Positions 13,301 to 24,400 of a stretch of DNA of 64,000 nt are shown piece after piece. The stretch is taken from assembly GCA_030141605.1 (NCBI GenBank), contig JAQGDQ010000020.1, positions 1,054,001-1,118,000 on the forward strand, in the 5' to 3' direction. How positions within the stretch are numbered: position 1 is the stretch's first letter; each line of letters opens with the position of its first letter. A program made the position numbers and the translations under genes. The notes below the pieces were generated by a model, which was given only the letters and a program-made list of their open reading frames with translations, was not told the origin of the DNA and did not search any database. This DNA is from Tubiluchus corallicola (lineage: Eukaryota > Animalia > Priapulida).

Positions 13301-15996
13301 TAGTTTAACGTTTCCTTTTCTTCCCCTGATTTACGATGTGCGTACATGATGTCATGTAATGGTGCCATTTGAACAGTATTGCAGGAGATTTTAATGTATG
13401 CAAACAAAAAATCCTTTCAATGCAAGCACGATATGCGCATAAAATTGCTATAATGTAATACAATTTTTCAAGGTGATTTCTCTGAAACCTACTTCTGGTA
13501 CCTCTTTTCTTGTCCTTTAAATTATGATAATTAATAGGCTCTTGAAATATTGGAGATATAAGTCTGTATTGACTTCAACATCATTATTCCATTCTTAATA
13601 TTTTTATAATTTTTAATGTAATGTAAAATATGTATTATATTGTATAATGCGTCTATTTGTGAATATGGAAATAAACTTATATCTATTTAAAAAAATATGT
13701 GGGGGGTCTTTTATTAGCCGACTTACAAACTTGCAACTCAAGATAAAGCAGTGCAATTGTTATAGTATTTGTGTTTTTTACATTGCCTTTACTGTTGTTT
13801 CGTGTTGTAGCAGAATACAGTGTTCATTAAAAAATTTGATATAGCAAGTTTGGCAACCGATAGGCTAAAATGTGCACTAAATAGTATTTGTTTTTATTTC
13901 AGCTTTTAATTAACTAGTCCAGAATACAAAGCATTGATTACTCGCTTGAGCTTATTCTGCCTAACTGCCTGTTTATATAATTTACAATGCCTTTTATTAC
14001 TGTCATCATGGTATCCATTTATAATGTAAAAATTTAGAATACGAGTAACTCATTGTGACAACACAGTATAAAAACTAGCTAAAAGCTTATTACATTAAGT
14101 ATAATGATTCATATGATGAGACTGGCATCATGGCAAAATAGACCACTTTATAGAGCTATTTCACAAGCGAGTACCGTATTTTCCCATGTATAAGAGACCC
14201 TTGTGTATAAGAGACCCCTTCAATTTTTAGGCAAAAATTCTGGAAAAAAGTTTTTTGGTAATGAATAACTTTATTCATCATAGAAATCATTAAATTCCTC
14301 ATCACTCTCATCAAAAATATCAACTGGAGTCAGACCTTCAGCAATTCCAGCCAGTTCATCATCAGAGGAGTCACTCTGCTCAAAAATGGCATTGTCCTCT
14401 TTTGACATTTAAAAAAATAATAACTTACCCGGTACATTAATTTTATCATTAGAATTTAGCCATGGAGAAGATTTATTGAAAGGAAACTATAATTATTCGA
14501 AATAAAACAGTTGTAGAGCACTTATTTCTTTAAAATCATTAGTGTCACAATTTATGCATCTTATTGAAAAGACTTACTCCCATGTATAAGAAACCCCCTA
14601 TTTTTAAAGTGAAAATTCTGAGCAAAAAAGGGTCTCTTATACACGGGAAAATACGGTAACTCAACAGATGTCTACAAAAAGAGTTAATACTGCTCCAGCA
14701 TAGATTATTATACTATATGGAATTTAGAATGAGGAAAATGTTTTTTTCACCTATTCATTGCATTTGCTTTTAGAGTCGTATTAGAGAAATTTCCAGATAT
14801 GATGATAGTGATTGTGGAGATATTACACGACGTTTGCCGTGAGGAAAATGGTAATCAAACAGAGTAAGTATGATAGTATTTCATTATTGAACGTTTAAAT
14901 CATTGTGGTTCTACTATTTTGATGATTTCTACCGATAGCAAATTGGTAGCAGTGGCACTATTACATAACTCTTAAGATGTTCTTATAATTAATACAGGTA
15001 ATTCAATTAATTAACTATTACTGGCAATATTTTGCTGGTAAAACTGGGATGATTTCACAAGTTTTTTTGAAATTTGAACAAATCACTTTCTTTTTTGCAT
15101 AGTTTTCTTCATACGTAAGCAGCTAATGTCTTAAGTACTTTGTAGAATTCGTTTTAGGCTCTTACACGCTTGATTGAAGTTAACAGTCTGTCACTGAAAT
15201 TCAGATATCAAATGTTACAAATTAATTTTGTCAATAGATGCAGGTTAATGGTAACACTCACTAACATTTTTAGCTTTTGTTTTGGACATTTTTGAACAGT
15301 TCACCTGATTTAGAATACTTATTGTTTTAGCTCTCTGATTTACACGTGCTTAGACGACATAGAGGAGGATGATTTGGATACGGAGCACGATAAGCGCAAG
15401 AGAATGGTAAGCTACCTATCAAACACTTGTAATGTGAGGAAGAGTTGCAAAATGTTTTCGTCACTCTCAACAAAATATTTTAAAATGGAACAAAATACTA
15501 GTATGGTATTGGTTATTGTGTGAATGAAAGTTAATTGACGATACTGATCTGCAAAGGCTTCATAATGGATCAAACCATCATCATGAGGGGGTGAGAGGTG
15601 AAAATAGATGGTACTTAACCGTCGTAACAATATAAATCTTAATTTGCACACATTATTTTAATGCTCCTGTAGAATATGCTAGGCTTCTCCTCATTTGTAA
15701 TACCGCATTTAAAATATTGTGTTGTGCATTTACATACTTTGGGAGTAATTGATTACCACAATGTGAACCTATCTGTTCTTTGTCTACCTATAGTTTGTTT
15801 GTTTATTTTTGTTTACATTTGTTTTTCTTTGCAGTTGTGCTTGCAAGATCCTGTACACACTGTTTCTCTGCGAGAATTCGTCATGCTGCAGTTGAACAAC
15901 TGCCAGCGTATCCACGGCAACGAGACGTTTAACAAGCTCATGACGTCGGTGGATGCAGAGATCATGTCGCAGCTGCAGGAGTTCATGAAGTCGTGA
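1155..15996 (+). CDS. IPO11: Importin-11, C-terminal ~630 codons, 17 exons; 5' part lies upstream of the window
   Basis: Spliced translation gives YFLLTAEDLSAWETDPEGF..WRYSLKPCTDVLF..RRRVAWLLGQW..DEFEFNVEQFLPYLE..ECDTKMLVLHVLS..EHNMLRCAILTTL..EDGLELW..ITQPERRK..QDPVHTVSL..QLQEFMKS*, collinear with metazoan IPO11. All exon phases are consistent. Confidence 0.97.
1392..1716. mobile_element. Palindromic MITE, Harbinger-like
   Basis: TIR GGCATGTTCAGACTAG / CTATTCTGAACACGCC, internal GCGAGTTAC subrepeats; deleted inverted copy at 24516-24665. Confidence 0.6.
1830..2060 (-). mobile_element. SINE-like element, copy 2 (boundaries approximate)
   Basis: Reverse complement reads AAAGTTAAGCAGCATCTAACCTGGTCAGT (5S internal-promoter-like), GGGTTCAATAC (B-box-like), then core CTGCTGGTTCAGTGTCTTATCTTAGA. 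Confidence 0.55.
2325..2507. repeat. Degenerate (GAAT)n microsatellite
   Basis: Visible gaat/gaac repeats. Confidence 0.9.
2596..2636 (+). CDS. IPO11: IPO11 exon
   Basis: ttcag|(A)VDEGGEAWRYSLK|gtaagc. Confidence 0.93.
2813..3424. repeat. 68-bp minisatellite, 9 copies
   Basis: Unit TTGTGATGAAGCCATTACGYATGGCTACGTTGAAATTGTGGATTCTGCCRGTTCGATAATAATTTTCC starting at 2813, 2881, 2949 ... 3357. Confidence 0.97.
3653..3791 (+). CDS. IPO11: IPO11 exon
   Basis: acag|PCTDVLFVGMFREFKSTLIPTLLDMVRHLQDPCDNNDLNTLLQKDA|gtagca. Confidence 0.93.
4279..4384 (+). CDS. IPO11: IPO11 exon
   Basis: tgtag|(V)YTAVGLASFELFDEIDYDHWFTTYLISELQIQTP|gtaagt. Confidence 0.93.
4834..4997 (+). CDS. IPO11: IPO11 exon, ends at U12 donor
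   Basis: ctag|YKIVRRRVAWLLGQWVGVK..EEDLVVRLTAANTLRE|atatccttt. Confidence 0.93.
4998..5172 (+). other. U12-type (minor spliceosome) AT-AC intron
   Basis: 5' site ATATCCTTT at 4998, branch TTCCTTAAC at 5156-5164, terminal AC at 5171-5172. Removal restores the frame LRE-A-IDEFEF. Confidence 0.95.
5173..5213 (+). CDS. IPO11: IPO11 exon, after AT-AC intron
   Basis: gtac|(A)IDEFEFNVEQFLP|gtaagt. Confidence 0.92.
6040..6100. repeat. (CA)n microsatellite region
   Basis: cacacaca run, core ~6067-6086. Confidence 0.85.
7130..7195 (+). CDS. IPO11: IPO11 exon
   Basis: tgcag|YLESCFALLFQLLKDVSECDTK|gtatgt. Confidence 0.94.
7573..7737 (+). CDS. IPO11: IPO11 exon
   Basis: ttcag|MLVLHVLSIMIERC..EHNMLRCAILTTLVHVVQ|gtgaaa. 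Confidence 0.95.
8080..8425. repeat. Inverted pair of tRNA-Thr(TGT)-like repeat modules
   Basis: + copy has anticodon arm TCTGC-ATTGTAA-GCAGA at 8339-8355 and GGTTCAAATCC; - copy at ~8138-8198 has a CTTGTAA loop; downstream flanks are shared; no intact acceptor stem. Confidence 0.55.
8591..8783 (+). CDS. IPO11: IPO11 exon
   Basis: ttag|GLASTSEQLYDFLLPVIQFSTD..EDGLELW..NMGSLL|gtaaca. Confidence 0.95.
9035..9114 (+). CDS. IPO11: IPO11 exon
   Basis: tcag|(D)LGSENLKTCFCIIATYVLLGPQEFLQ|gtttgt. Confidence 0.93.
10410..10490 (+). CDS. IPO11: IPO11 exon
   Basis: atag|KYAADVAHTCLDMYSDMRPEGIVMILR|gtaagt. Confidence 0.92.
10885..10980 (+). CDS. IPO11: IPO11 exon
   Basis: ttag|MVELMLRTYPVEGPHLFKELLPRVVGNIFEYE|gtaaga. 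Confidence 0.92.
11202..11610. repeat. 13-bp minisatellite (CTGCACCATCAGY), ~31 copies
   Basis: Directly visible; explains the spurious ORF 11164-11616. Confidence 0.95.
11939..12052 (+). CDS. IPO11: IPO11 exon
   Basis: gtag|TNPMVLSIIYAILARVVVQSTDMFLLVLQQVVKENAQQ|gtaaat. Confidence 0.9.
12335..12597 (+). mobile_element. SINE-like element, copy 3 (boundaries approximate)
   Basis: CCGAAATTAAAC..CCCGGTCAGTAAATGATTGGGTTACC and core CTGCTGGTTCACTGTCTCACCTTAGA at 12520-12545. Confidence 0.55.
12651..12772 (+). CDS. IPO11: IPO11 exon
   Basis: ttag|VEELFREVLRIWIDRINCITQPERRKICGLALANLLACNS|gtaaat. Confidence 0.92.
12863..13516. mobile_element. Kolobok-like non-autonomous DNA transposon, copy 1
   Basis: TTAA|AGCACAAGAAAA ... 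TTTTCTTGTCCT|TTAA; homologous over its full length to 44189-44854. Confidence 0.75.
14174..14656 (-). mobile_element. Tc2/pogo-type MITE (deletion derivative)
   Basis: TA|CCGTATTTTCCCATGTATAAGAGACCC ... GGGTCTCTTATACACGGGAAAATACGG|TA; acidic transposase-like tail on the - strand. Confidence 0.85.
14774..14863 (+). CDS. IPO11: IPO11 exon
   Basis: ttag|VVLEKFPDMMIVIVEILHDVCREENGNQT|gtaagt. Confidence 0.92.
15331..15406 (+). CDS. IPO11: IPO11 exon
   Basis: ttag|SLIYTCLDDIEEDDLDTEHDKRKRM|gtaagc. Confidence 0.92.
15835..15996 (+). CDS. IPO11: IPO11 last coding exon
   Basis: gcag|LCLQDPVHTVSLREFVMLQL..AEIMSQLQEFMKS*; candidate AATAAA at 16379-16384. Confidence 0.95.
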   Translation: MCLQDPVHTVSLREFVMLQLNNCQRIHGNETFNKLMTSVDAEIMSQLQEFMKS

Positions 15997-16599
15997 ATTT
16001 TGTGATACACTCATTGTGATGTTGTTCATATAATCGGTGAACATTTCAAAAAGTGAACTAGACTTCCAAAATGAGTGAACATTATGAGAGCAGAGTTCAC
16101 TCAAAATTTGTGTAAATGGATGTAAGAATAAGTCGCGTTCATCAACGTGTGCTGTGAATGAACATCCACGTGAACGTTATCTTTCTTGGTACTTGCTGGG
16201 AATGCAAACAAACTCTTCAAACGTTGACGCTCCCGTCACAGTAAATTAGGATAAACTTAAACTACAATGAGCAAGTGACTCGTGTTTCCGTTATTGAAAC
16301 ACTTGAGTGTGTAGTTTTAAAAACCTGAAGAAAATTTTGAACACACAAACTGAGCGTCCAATTGTGAGGCCAATTGTCAATAAAATGGTGGAAGATTATA
16401 CATCAGTTCAAATCAGTTCAGTTTATTTCAGTTATATATTGAAAGCAGAATATATGCAGCAGTGAAATTGTTCAGTGACTAGCGTACTGACACATAAATG
16501 TTTCGTTGCTTGTAAAATAAGAATAATTATGAACAAAATTATGAACAATTTTAAAGCGAACATTTAGCGCAGAAGCATTTATACAGGAAAAGATATTTG

Positions 16600-16805
16600 T
16601 TTGGATATTGAACACAATGAACGTTGATCTCCATTGTTCATTCTTGGAAACAGGATAGCTGTTTTGACATTGAACACAATAAATATTAATCTACATCGTT
16701 CATTTTTTGAAAAAAAGGTAACTGCTTGGGACATTGAACACAGTGAACATTTGTCTACATTGTTCATCCCTTGGAAAAGGATAACTGTTTTGAATACTGA
16801 ACACA
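16600..16805. repeat. Degenerate ~63-bp tandem repeat, ~3 copies
   Basis: Recurring TTGAACACA.TGAAC..ATTGTTCAT..TTGGAAA.GGATA.CTG. Confidence 0.7.
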
Positions 16806-17181
16806 AAGTACATTAATTGCCAACGAACATGCAAAAAATCGGTCATTCTCAGAGGGTTCTCACATCTGAGCAAACAAACAATAATTCATTATTGGATGAT
16901 TGACTGGACATGTGATTAACTTCATCAGTGACTCGAGTCAAACTTTTATTAACAATGACAGGCTTCAGTTTTACATTTTTCATGAATTAAATTTTGAAAC
17001 AGCAGGTTCAAGGTTATGCAGACTTTGCTACACATTATCAACATTGTAAGTTGTTTACGCATGTAGTCAATTTTTATTTTCTCAACAATAACTTCAGGGG
17101 TAAAAGTGAAAATTTAACATTTTATCTGGCATTTCTATACTGAAGGAATCCATTTTTACAAGCCAATTTATATACGAATAC

Positions 17182-17468
17182 ACAAAAATACTTTCATGAA
17201 TATTAAAAGTACTTTTCTTAAACAATAATGACTTGCACATATCAATTGATTATTTTCAATAGAAAACAAAGTTAGGTAAGAACTTCATTTACAGTTTTGT
17301 TAAAAATTCAACATTTCCAATTGAATGTACAAAAATACTTTCATGAATATTAAAAGTACTTTTCTTAAACAATAATGAATTGCACATATCAATTGATTAT
17401 TTTCAATAAAAACAAAGTTAGGTAAGAACTTCATTTACAGTTTTGTTAAAAATTTAACATTTCCAATT
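17182..17468. repeat. Tandem duplication, ~147-bp period, 2 near-identical copies
   Basis: ACAAAAATACTTTCATGAATATTAAAAG... starts at 17182 and 17329. Confidence 0.92.
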
Positions 17469-18405
17469 TTCAGGTTCATTTTTTCACATATAACTTATTT
17501 TCACAAAGATTTTTTGCCCAAACATTCAACGCATCAACAAGGAGACAGCAGTTATATGGCTACAAAATACGCGTGTGATCATTTGTAGACAATTTCAATT
17601 TAGCAGTTCAATATTATGCACATCACGCTTCTAAATGTAACAAAATTTGCATCAATTAAGAATGACGCAAAACGTACTTAATAACTTACCAATACAAACT
17701 GTGACTAAAGCAAAAGTAAATTCACTGATCAAATGCATGATTTTAAATTTGGCTAGAAAAAGTGACCACAGGTGCAAATCGGTCATTTTCTACCCCAATG
17801 TTTTACACACAGGAAAACGTTAACAAAACTACAAACCATGACTGAACGTTCCTACAGGCGAGGCATTGTTTATATAAAAAGTATCTCGTTTTCCTTGAAA
17901 TTGAACGCTACAGTCAAACCTCTTTATACCGCTTACATTTGGTCTGCAAAAAAGTTGGCAATACAGCGAGTTTGGCATGACAACGAGATGCATTAATACA
18001 TACATGTCATATATAAAAACAGACATTTTGTTTTGCTAAAAATTTGGACGTTGAGGTTGGTTTATAAGGGGGCATTACAATTGACTGTTTGATTGTAATT
18101 AAAATGCGATTGTTCTTATCTTAATAAAAATTTTGATTGTTAGCTATTGTACGGAATGTTCCAGAATATACCGGAGACTTAAAAATTGCTACAAACTTTA
18201 TTTAGTAAATTCAAACTGTTGCCTCGTCTCCAAAACTCTACTTTCTAGATGCCATGTCACACGTCTATTTATTAGAGTTCATATACACGATTTCCTTAAA
18301 TCAATGCAAAATGCGATAAATCAAAATTTAATAGATTGTGGTATTTGTCAGAAGCTACTGTCCTACTGTAGAGTGCGCCACTTGTGCACACAGGCATGCT
18401 GCATG

Positions 18406-18573
18406 GTGACCGGTAACAAAGTCACAGGAAAAAAAATCACAATTTTGACAAGGAAAAAAGTCACAATTAATTTTGGCTAAGGTTAGGGTTAAGATGCTAA
18501 GGGTTGGAGGCTAGGGTTAGGGCTCATGCTGGAGTCATTTCTTTTTACCTGTGACTTTATTACCTGGATTCAC
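18406..18573. mobile_element. Small MITE with internal TTAGGG-like repeats
   Basis: TIR GGTAACAAAGTCACAGG / CCTGTGACTTTATTACC around GGTTAGGGTT..AGGGTTAGGG. Confidence 0.6.
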
Positions 18574-21308
18574 TGCAAAAATATCATTCGTAATCCATTA
18601 ATACTGTTTACACACTAACAAAATAGAACTACTTATACAATTAACATGCTAATTAAATTAGAACAGTTAAACAATAATGTAGTAAAGCCTTCATTAAATA
18701 ACTCACATCAGCTAAAAATGCTTGAAAATAAACTGTTTACATTTTTGAAAAAGTATTTACAGTTGGATAAATGGCTCCACGTAATAAAAATTGCATTTTT
18801 AGTACTCTATAAAACAAACTATATACAGTTTTTAACAAAGCATCTTTACAATATGTACAGAATACGCATACTTCGTTTTTTCATACTTGTTATATAAACG
18901 CATAGTGCATATATAGCTGTGAAACAAGTTATAGACACTGTTATAAGAAACTTTCTATACAATAAATTTTATTTACATGATGCTAATCTATCAATTTGAT
19001 TCTAATACTCAATACAAAAATTCGCATAACACACATGCACTAAAACGAGTCCATCACTGATATTGGACTATTTATCACTAAACTTTTCTGAAAACAATGA
19101 AAAAATAATACAACTTGATTATTATGCAATATAATAATCCAATAAAAAATGTTGTAAATAATAATAATAATACTGCACCAAGAACCTGAAATAACTGCAT
19201 TTGTGGTTTAATGCAGCAAGTAACAACCAAAAGCAACATCAGGTTTTTCTTCTGTTTTCTTAACACGATAACACAATTCGGTTTTTGAATGCATAAATAC
19301 TAAATATGCAACATCTTATAATACAATTTTCAATACGTTAAGAATTTAATTGCACAATTATGTTTGTTGACACCGGGTCCATAGAGCATCAGAACACACT
19401 TTAAATATTGCACCAAATTTGATTACTCAGGCCATCCGACCAACGGTATACCGTATAACCTAAAATTAATGATCGTTGAAGATGCTTACGAATCTTGTAA
19501 GGGTGACCTGATGCAATAATCTTCAAATGTCTAAATTACACTAGTAATACAGGTTCTCATACACACTGCCAAATATAGACATTATTATTAACACAACACA
19601 TTGCTTGGCAGTATGACTTACTGTACTGGACACTAGGCTACTAAAATACTAGCGACTCAGATCAACGATTATGAAATAAAGCCATAAATTTGTATCAATT
19701 TTTAACCTTGGTAGTCCGCTAGGAATGGTGCGTTGCAAAATAATGTCAAGCACAACACAAAGTTTTACAGCTCGATTCGCAAAAATTTAGTTCGCAGTTT
19801 CTTTCCGTTTTACAGTAGCTATTTTATTCTAATTCATGATTTCTTCTGCATCATAGATCTACGTTGAATTTGAATTTAAATTTGTTTAATTGTTCCTTGC
19901 TCCTCATTCAACTTTCAAGATTCAATCTAACAACAAAACCTATCTGTAAACACACCTAATCACAGAATCATACACGATGTTCGAAATCAAGCTGTTCTCA
20001 ATTGCAGTTCAAAATGATATAATAAATTCTCAATGTTATCACAAATTCAAGAGCTTTTACGAAAGCGTTTATAAATTTTAACCCATCTAACACACTCCAG
20101 TAGCAATACAGTTAGTAGAAAATATGGTAATACAATAATAAACATAAATTTACCCAGTTTGAATTTTAAATTCAAACAAACTGCTGGAGCACCATGGTGT
20201 ATTGCAACTAAAAACATTAAAGCACAAGAAACACTTTCCATAAATAAAGCTTAAAAAATTCATCTTGAAATGTTATATCACCTACATGCTGTCTTATTAC
20301 ATATGGGCTTGTGTTACCAGAAATGCTGGATAAAACTTGTAAATTTAAACTCCCACAATGACCGTTAGGTGAAGCCATTTTGAGGCTAAGTGAGATGAAA
20401 CAAGTTTATACATGTATAACGCAGAATAAAGTTTGAAAAAAATAATCAGCTTACTCATAGTACACTCTTTCCTAACCAAGGAAAAGTATAACTTACTTTA
20501 TATTGTCGATAAAAACAATACATGTTTTTTTTTGGCAAGCCAGCGGTGAACAGCGAAACTGGGATGGCAAAACAGTGAGTAACTTTACCCCTGGAACTTT
20601 TTTAACGCTGCTGATATGGACCTCAGCAATAAAAACATTGTGCGATTTTGTTCATTAGTCACCATTGTGAAAACAGTTTTACCACTGATTTGTTTTTATA
20701 TACATTTTCAGACATCTATCTCAACGTCCAAATACGTATTGCATTCTGAGAACAGAAGGAACAGTGTACTCATCTCCTGCACTGTATGACAGTAGCTTAT
20801 TTCGTATAAATCTTTAGCAGCCTATCACACGGTGCATAAGAAATTTGCAACTACAATGTCCAATTACAGAAGTTTGTGGTTCAAGAAAAATTTGTAGGTA
20901 CAACAATGTTAGTTTGTGTTGCATTCTGGGAAAAAATCAAACCATATTATGAACTTTCTTCCAATGTTCATTAAACACACGTGTAACTTTTACAATGTTT
21001 TGGCAAACAATAGAATGTTTTAGCCCACACTAAATATAGATCTTTCACACACAGTGCTCCTTCATCGTATGACATCAATTGGCACTTCTGCATCAGTTAC
21101 AAAGGCCTACTGTATTTGAACAACAATGCCTAGTGCAAAGCAAATAACATAATCTAGTTAAGGTATCATTACCTAGCAGCGACAATGGCGCTGGAGAGTA
21201 AAGACACCAATATCTTCGTATAGTGCAAGCCAATGATGCAAAAAGCAAGGCAGTTTGAGGTAGATTTGGGTCAAAATAGAGAACAACGAAAACAATGGTC
21301 AGTTACAT

Positions 21309-21475
21309 TCACTTTTGAATGTCGGCTGGGCATATTTGCCTCTCTCCTTCACTAAGAAAAATCTTCATAGCTCGAAACAACAAGTACGCTCCCATGTCTC
21401 GTTTTTGAGAAATAGACCACGTAGATGATGCACCATAGTAATCCCCCCTCTTTTGATTGGTCAGCCGATTCTTCC
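21309..21475 (-). CDS. ANKLE1: ANKLE1 last coding exon
   Basis: GKNRLTNQKRGDYYGASSTWSISQKRDMGAYLLFRAMKIFLSEGERQICPADIQK*. Confidence 0.95.
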
Positions 21476-24400
21476 CTGAAAAACATAATAAAAGTTACTA
21501 AATCATAATTTTGTTACTACTGCAAGTCACAACAAGCTAAAAACGCATTGCCACTTAATTTTATTGTGCATTTTTATATTCTAATAATAATTTTTTATAT
21601 TAATATATATTATAATTTTATTATAATATTTTGCATTCTTAACATTTTGAAATGAAACAATTACATACAAAATAAGCAACAAATTTTTAAAAAAAAATGG
21701 CCTTGAAATTAACCGGCCAAATTTGTTGCTTTTCCTACTATCAACAGCCAACACAATCCTAAAAGAAGAAAACCTGACATTTAACTAAAAAACTAAAAAG
21801 TAACTATTACAGCACCACAAATCACACAAGGAAATTAGCTGGTGAAAAATAGAGTCTCTGCTATAATCAATCACAAAGAGCTTTTTGATGAATGTGGGAG
21901 TTGAATTAACGTCTCTTACAGTCAAGATGATCGCAGAGTAGAAAGCGTTCTACAATCATAAGCTGATTGTAGACTTTTTTTATAATCAGCATCAACAGTT
22001 TATGCATGACTTCGAGCTACGTAGGACGTCGAAGCGCCAATAATTGTAATTTAGTTTGTAATTGCGTGTTTTATCTCACGTCATGCTGTCTAAAGATTTT
22101 TGTTATTCAAATTCTTCAAAAATTAGTCTGTAGAGTCAGGAACAGAAGCGTCATTTATAGTCAGCATTTTTCGTTGTAATGCTACAAAGCATTCTTCTAG
22201 AACTCGCCCTAAATGAGGTCATCGGTCACTCATCCAAAAGGGGAGAGAAAAGAATGGTGAAAATAATGCAGGTGCAGAAAAATGGGCTTCACATAACTAA
22301 TTTGTTAGTAATAGAAGGTGTCTACTCTTCTAAAAGCGGGTGACGTTGTAGTGATCAGCAAAACACTTATCTGGTAAAAATTCCACAGAAAAGAGGCCAG
22401 AGGCAAAAAACTGGAAATACAAGCAGCCATTCTGCATGTCAAAAGTAAAGACATGAGAAGCAGCAAAAAACGATGAATAATAGGCCATTAATGCTAGTCG
22501 CATACGGTAAAAAATCTGTCTGCAACAAACTGCCGAATGCAAATCGTCTCAGACAACATTTGTCTGTAAACGGCAGCTTTCGTATAAAGCAAATTATGCA
22601 TTTGGCAAAAACTGTAAATATTTACTAGTTGACACCTGACAAAACGACTGCTTCTTATTAGTTTGACTTGATTTTGTTTGACACAAATTGTTGTACCAAA
22701 CCCCACACACAGGAGTAGGATGAAAGTTAAGCACATTTAGCAAAAATCTGTGTGTAACAAAACTGGTAAAACAGCGTTTACAGAGGCTGCAGACGAGCAA
22801 AAATATGCGTCAGGCAAGTTGTTGCACACTATTTTATCTCGTGTGTGCCGGTTATGACGAGAGTTCATACCTAGCGCATCAATCATACAAGCTTCCCGGG
22901 TGTATGCCTCCACCGGGATAACATTCTGGAAGCAATGCAGGCTCACTACACCCAAACCTTCATTCCATATATCAACTATATGCTTTACTTTAGCATTGTC
23001 CTTCTGAAAATGTAAAACAGGAAATAAAAAGCAATTAAAATCACAAAAAAAATTATAAAAATTAGTTTTCATTAGTTTTAGCTTTATATGTTCGTTTCAT
23101 CTAATAATAATACTATTAATTCTCCAGGCACATTTATTTAGTTTATTTATATAATATTATATACATTATATAATTTTCCTTGCAACTACTAAACCATTTG
23201 TGATAAACTATATACCAAATCAATCGTTTCGGTCAACCATCGTCCCATTTTGCAATTTGGCAGAAAAAGACCATGAAAAACACCTATAACAATGGGCATT
23301 TCTCTTTTGTATTTTGTCCATTTTTTGGGAAAGCTTATACAGTGTTCCCTCGCTATTTCGCGGTTCGTTTATCATGGACTTGCTGTTTCGCAGGTTTTCA
23401 AAAATATTAATGTAAAATATTTATCGCAGTATTTTCGCTGTTTGCAGTACTCTGTCTAAAACATTTTTGCACATGCGTAGTACGTATTGAGCAGTAATGT
23501 ATAGATTTGATGAATTTTGCATAAAAATCACAAAATGTATAAAAATATATTAAAAATACTAATTCTAACATTAAAAGAATATTATAAATCATAAAGAATT
23601 ACCATTTACAGTAAATAGTGTATTTATTCGGCGGATGAATGCACACCAAAAACGAAAAATAGTACTTGTGCCCGCTTGAGATGCTACTTGCCGATTGTAC
23701 ACAACACACGATTTTTTGATTGATAGAAAGCGACCAACCAGAGAATGCTGCTCTGTATCCCAGTCGCTGACCATAATTCATCAGGGTTATGTATAAGAGT
23801 GTGGTGAGGGTTTATAAAGACTGAAAATAATGTATAACTACTAAAATAAGTATAGCGCCCTACTTCGCGGAAACTCACTTGTCGCGGGTGGGCCTGGAAC
23901 GGAACACCCGCGATAAGTGAGGGAACACTGTAAAACTGAGGTCTGAAGGACATGATCATGAAAGATGAAGTGCTATATATTGCATGGCAAGGAGCTTTCA
24001 AGTAGCAGACATGTTTGGTTTCCCGAAAAAACATAGACCCCTGTAATGAGGATTTTTCTAGATAGCACATCTGATTTTAAGAAATTTTGACCAAACTCCG
24101 TGTAGAAACACCACTGTGGACTATGTGGAGATGCTTCATGTGGGTCTTGCACAAAGTTTTTAGAAAACTGTCCTGCAAAGTTTCGTAAATCTTTCAAAGA
24201 CGTAGATCAAAGACTCTTTATGCAGCTAATACTAGGTTTGTTTAAAAATGCGATAGAAAACTGACTTTGTCTTGTCACACAATAATCCCTATAATTTCGA
24301 AAAATGTGGTGTTTATAAAATTCTTTGCAAAACCTGTGACAAGGTTTTATTTTCGGCAAACCTGTAGAAATTTAGAAGTGCAAATTACAGAGCATAAGGA

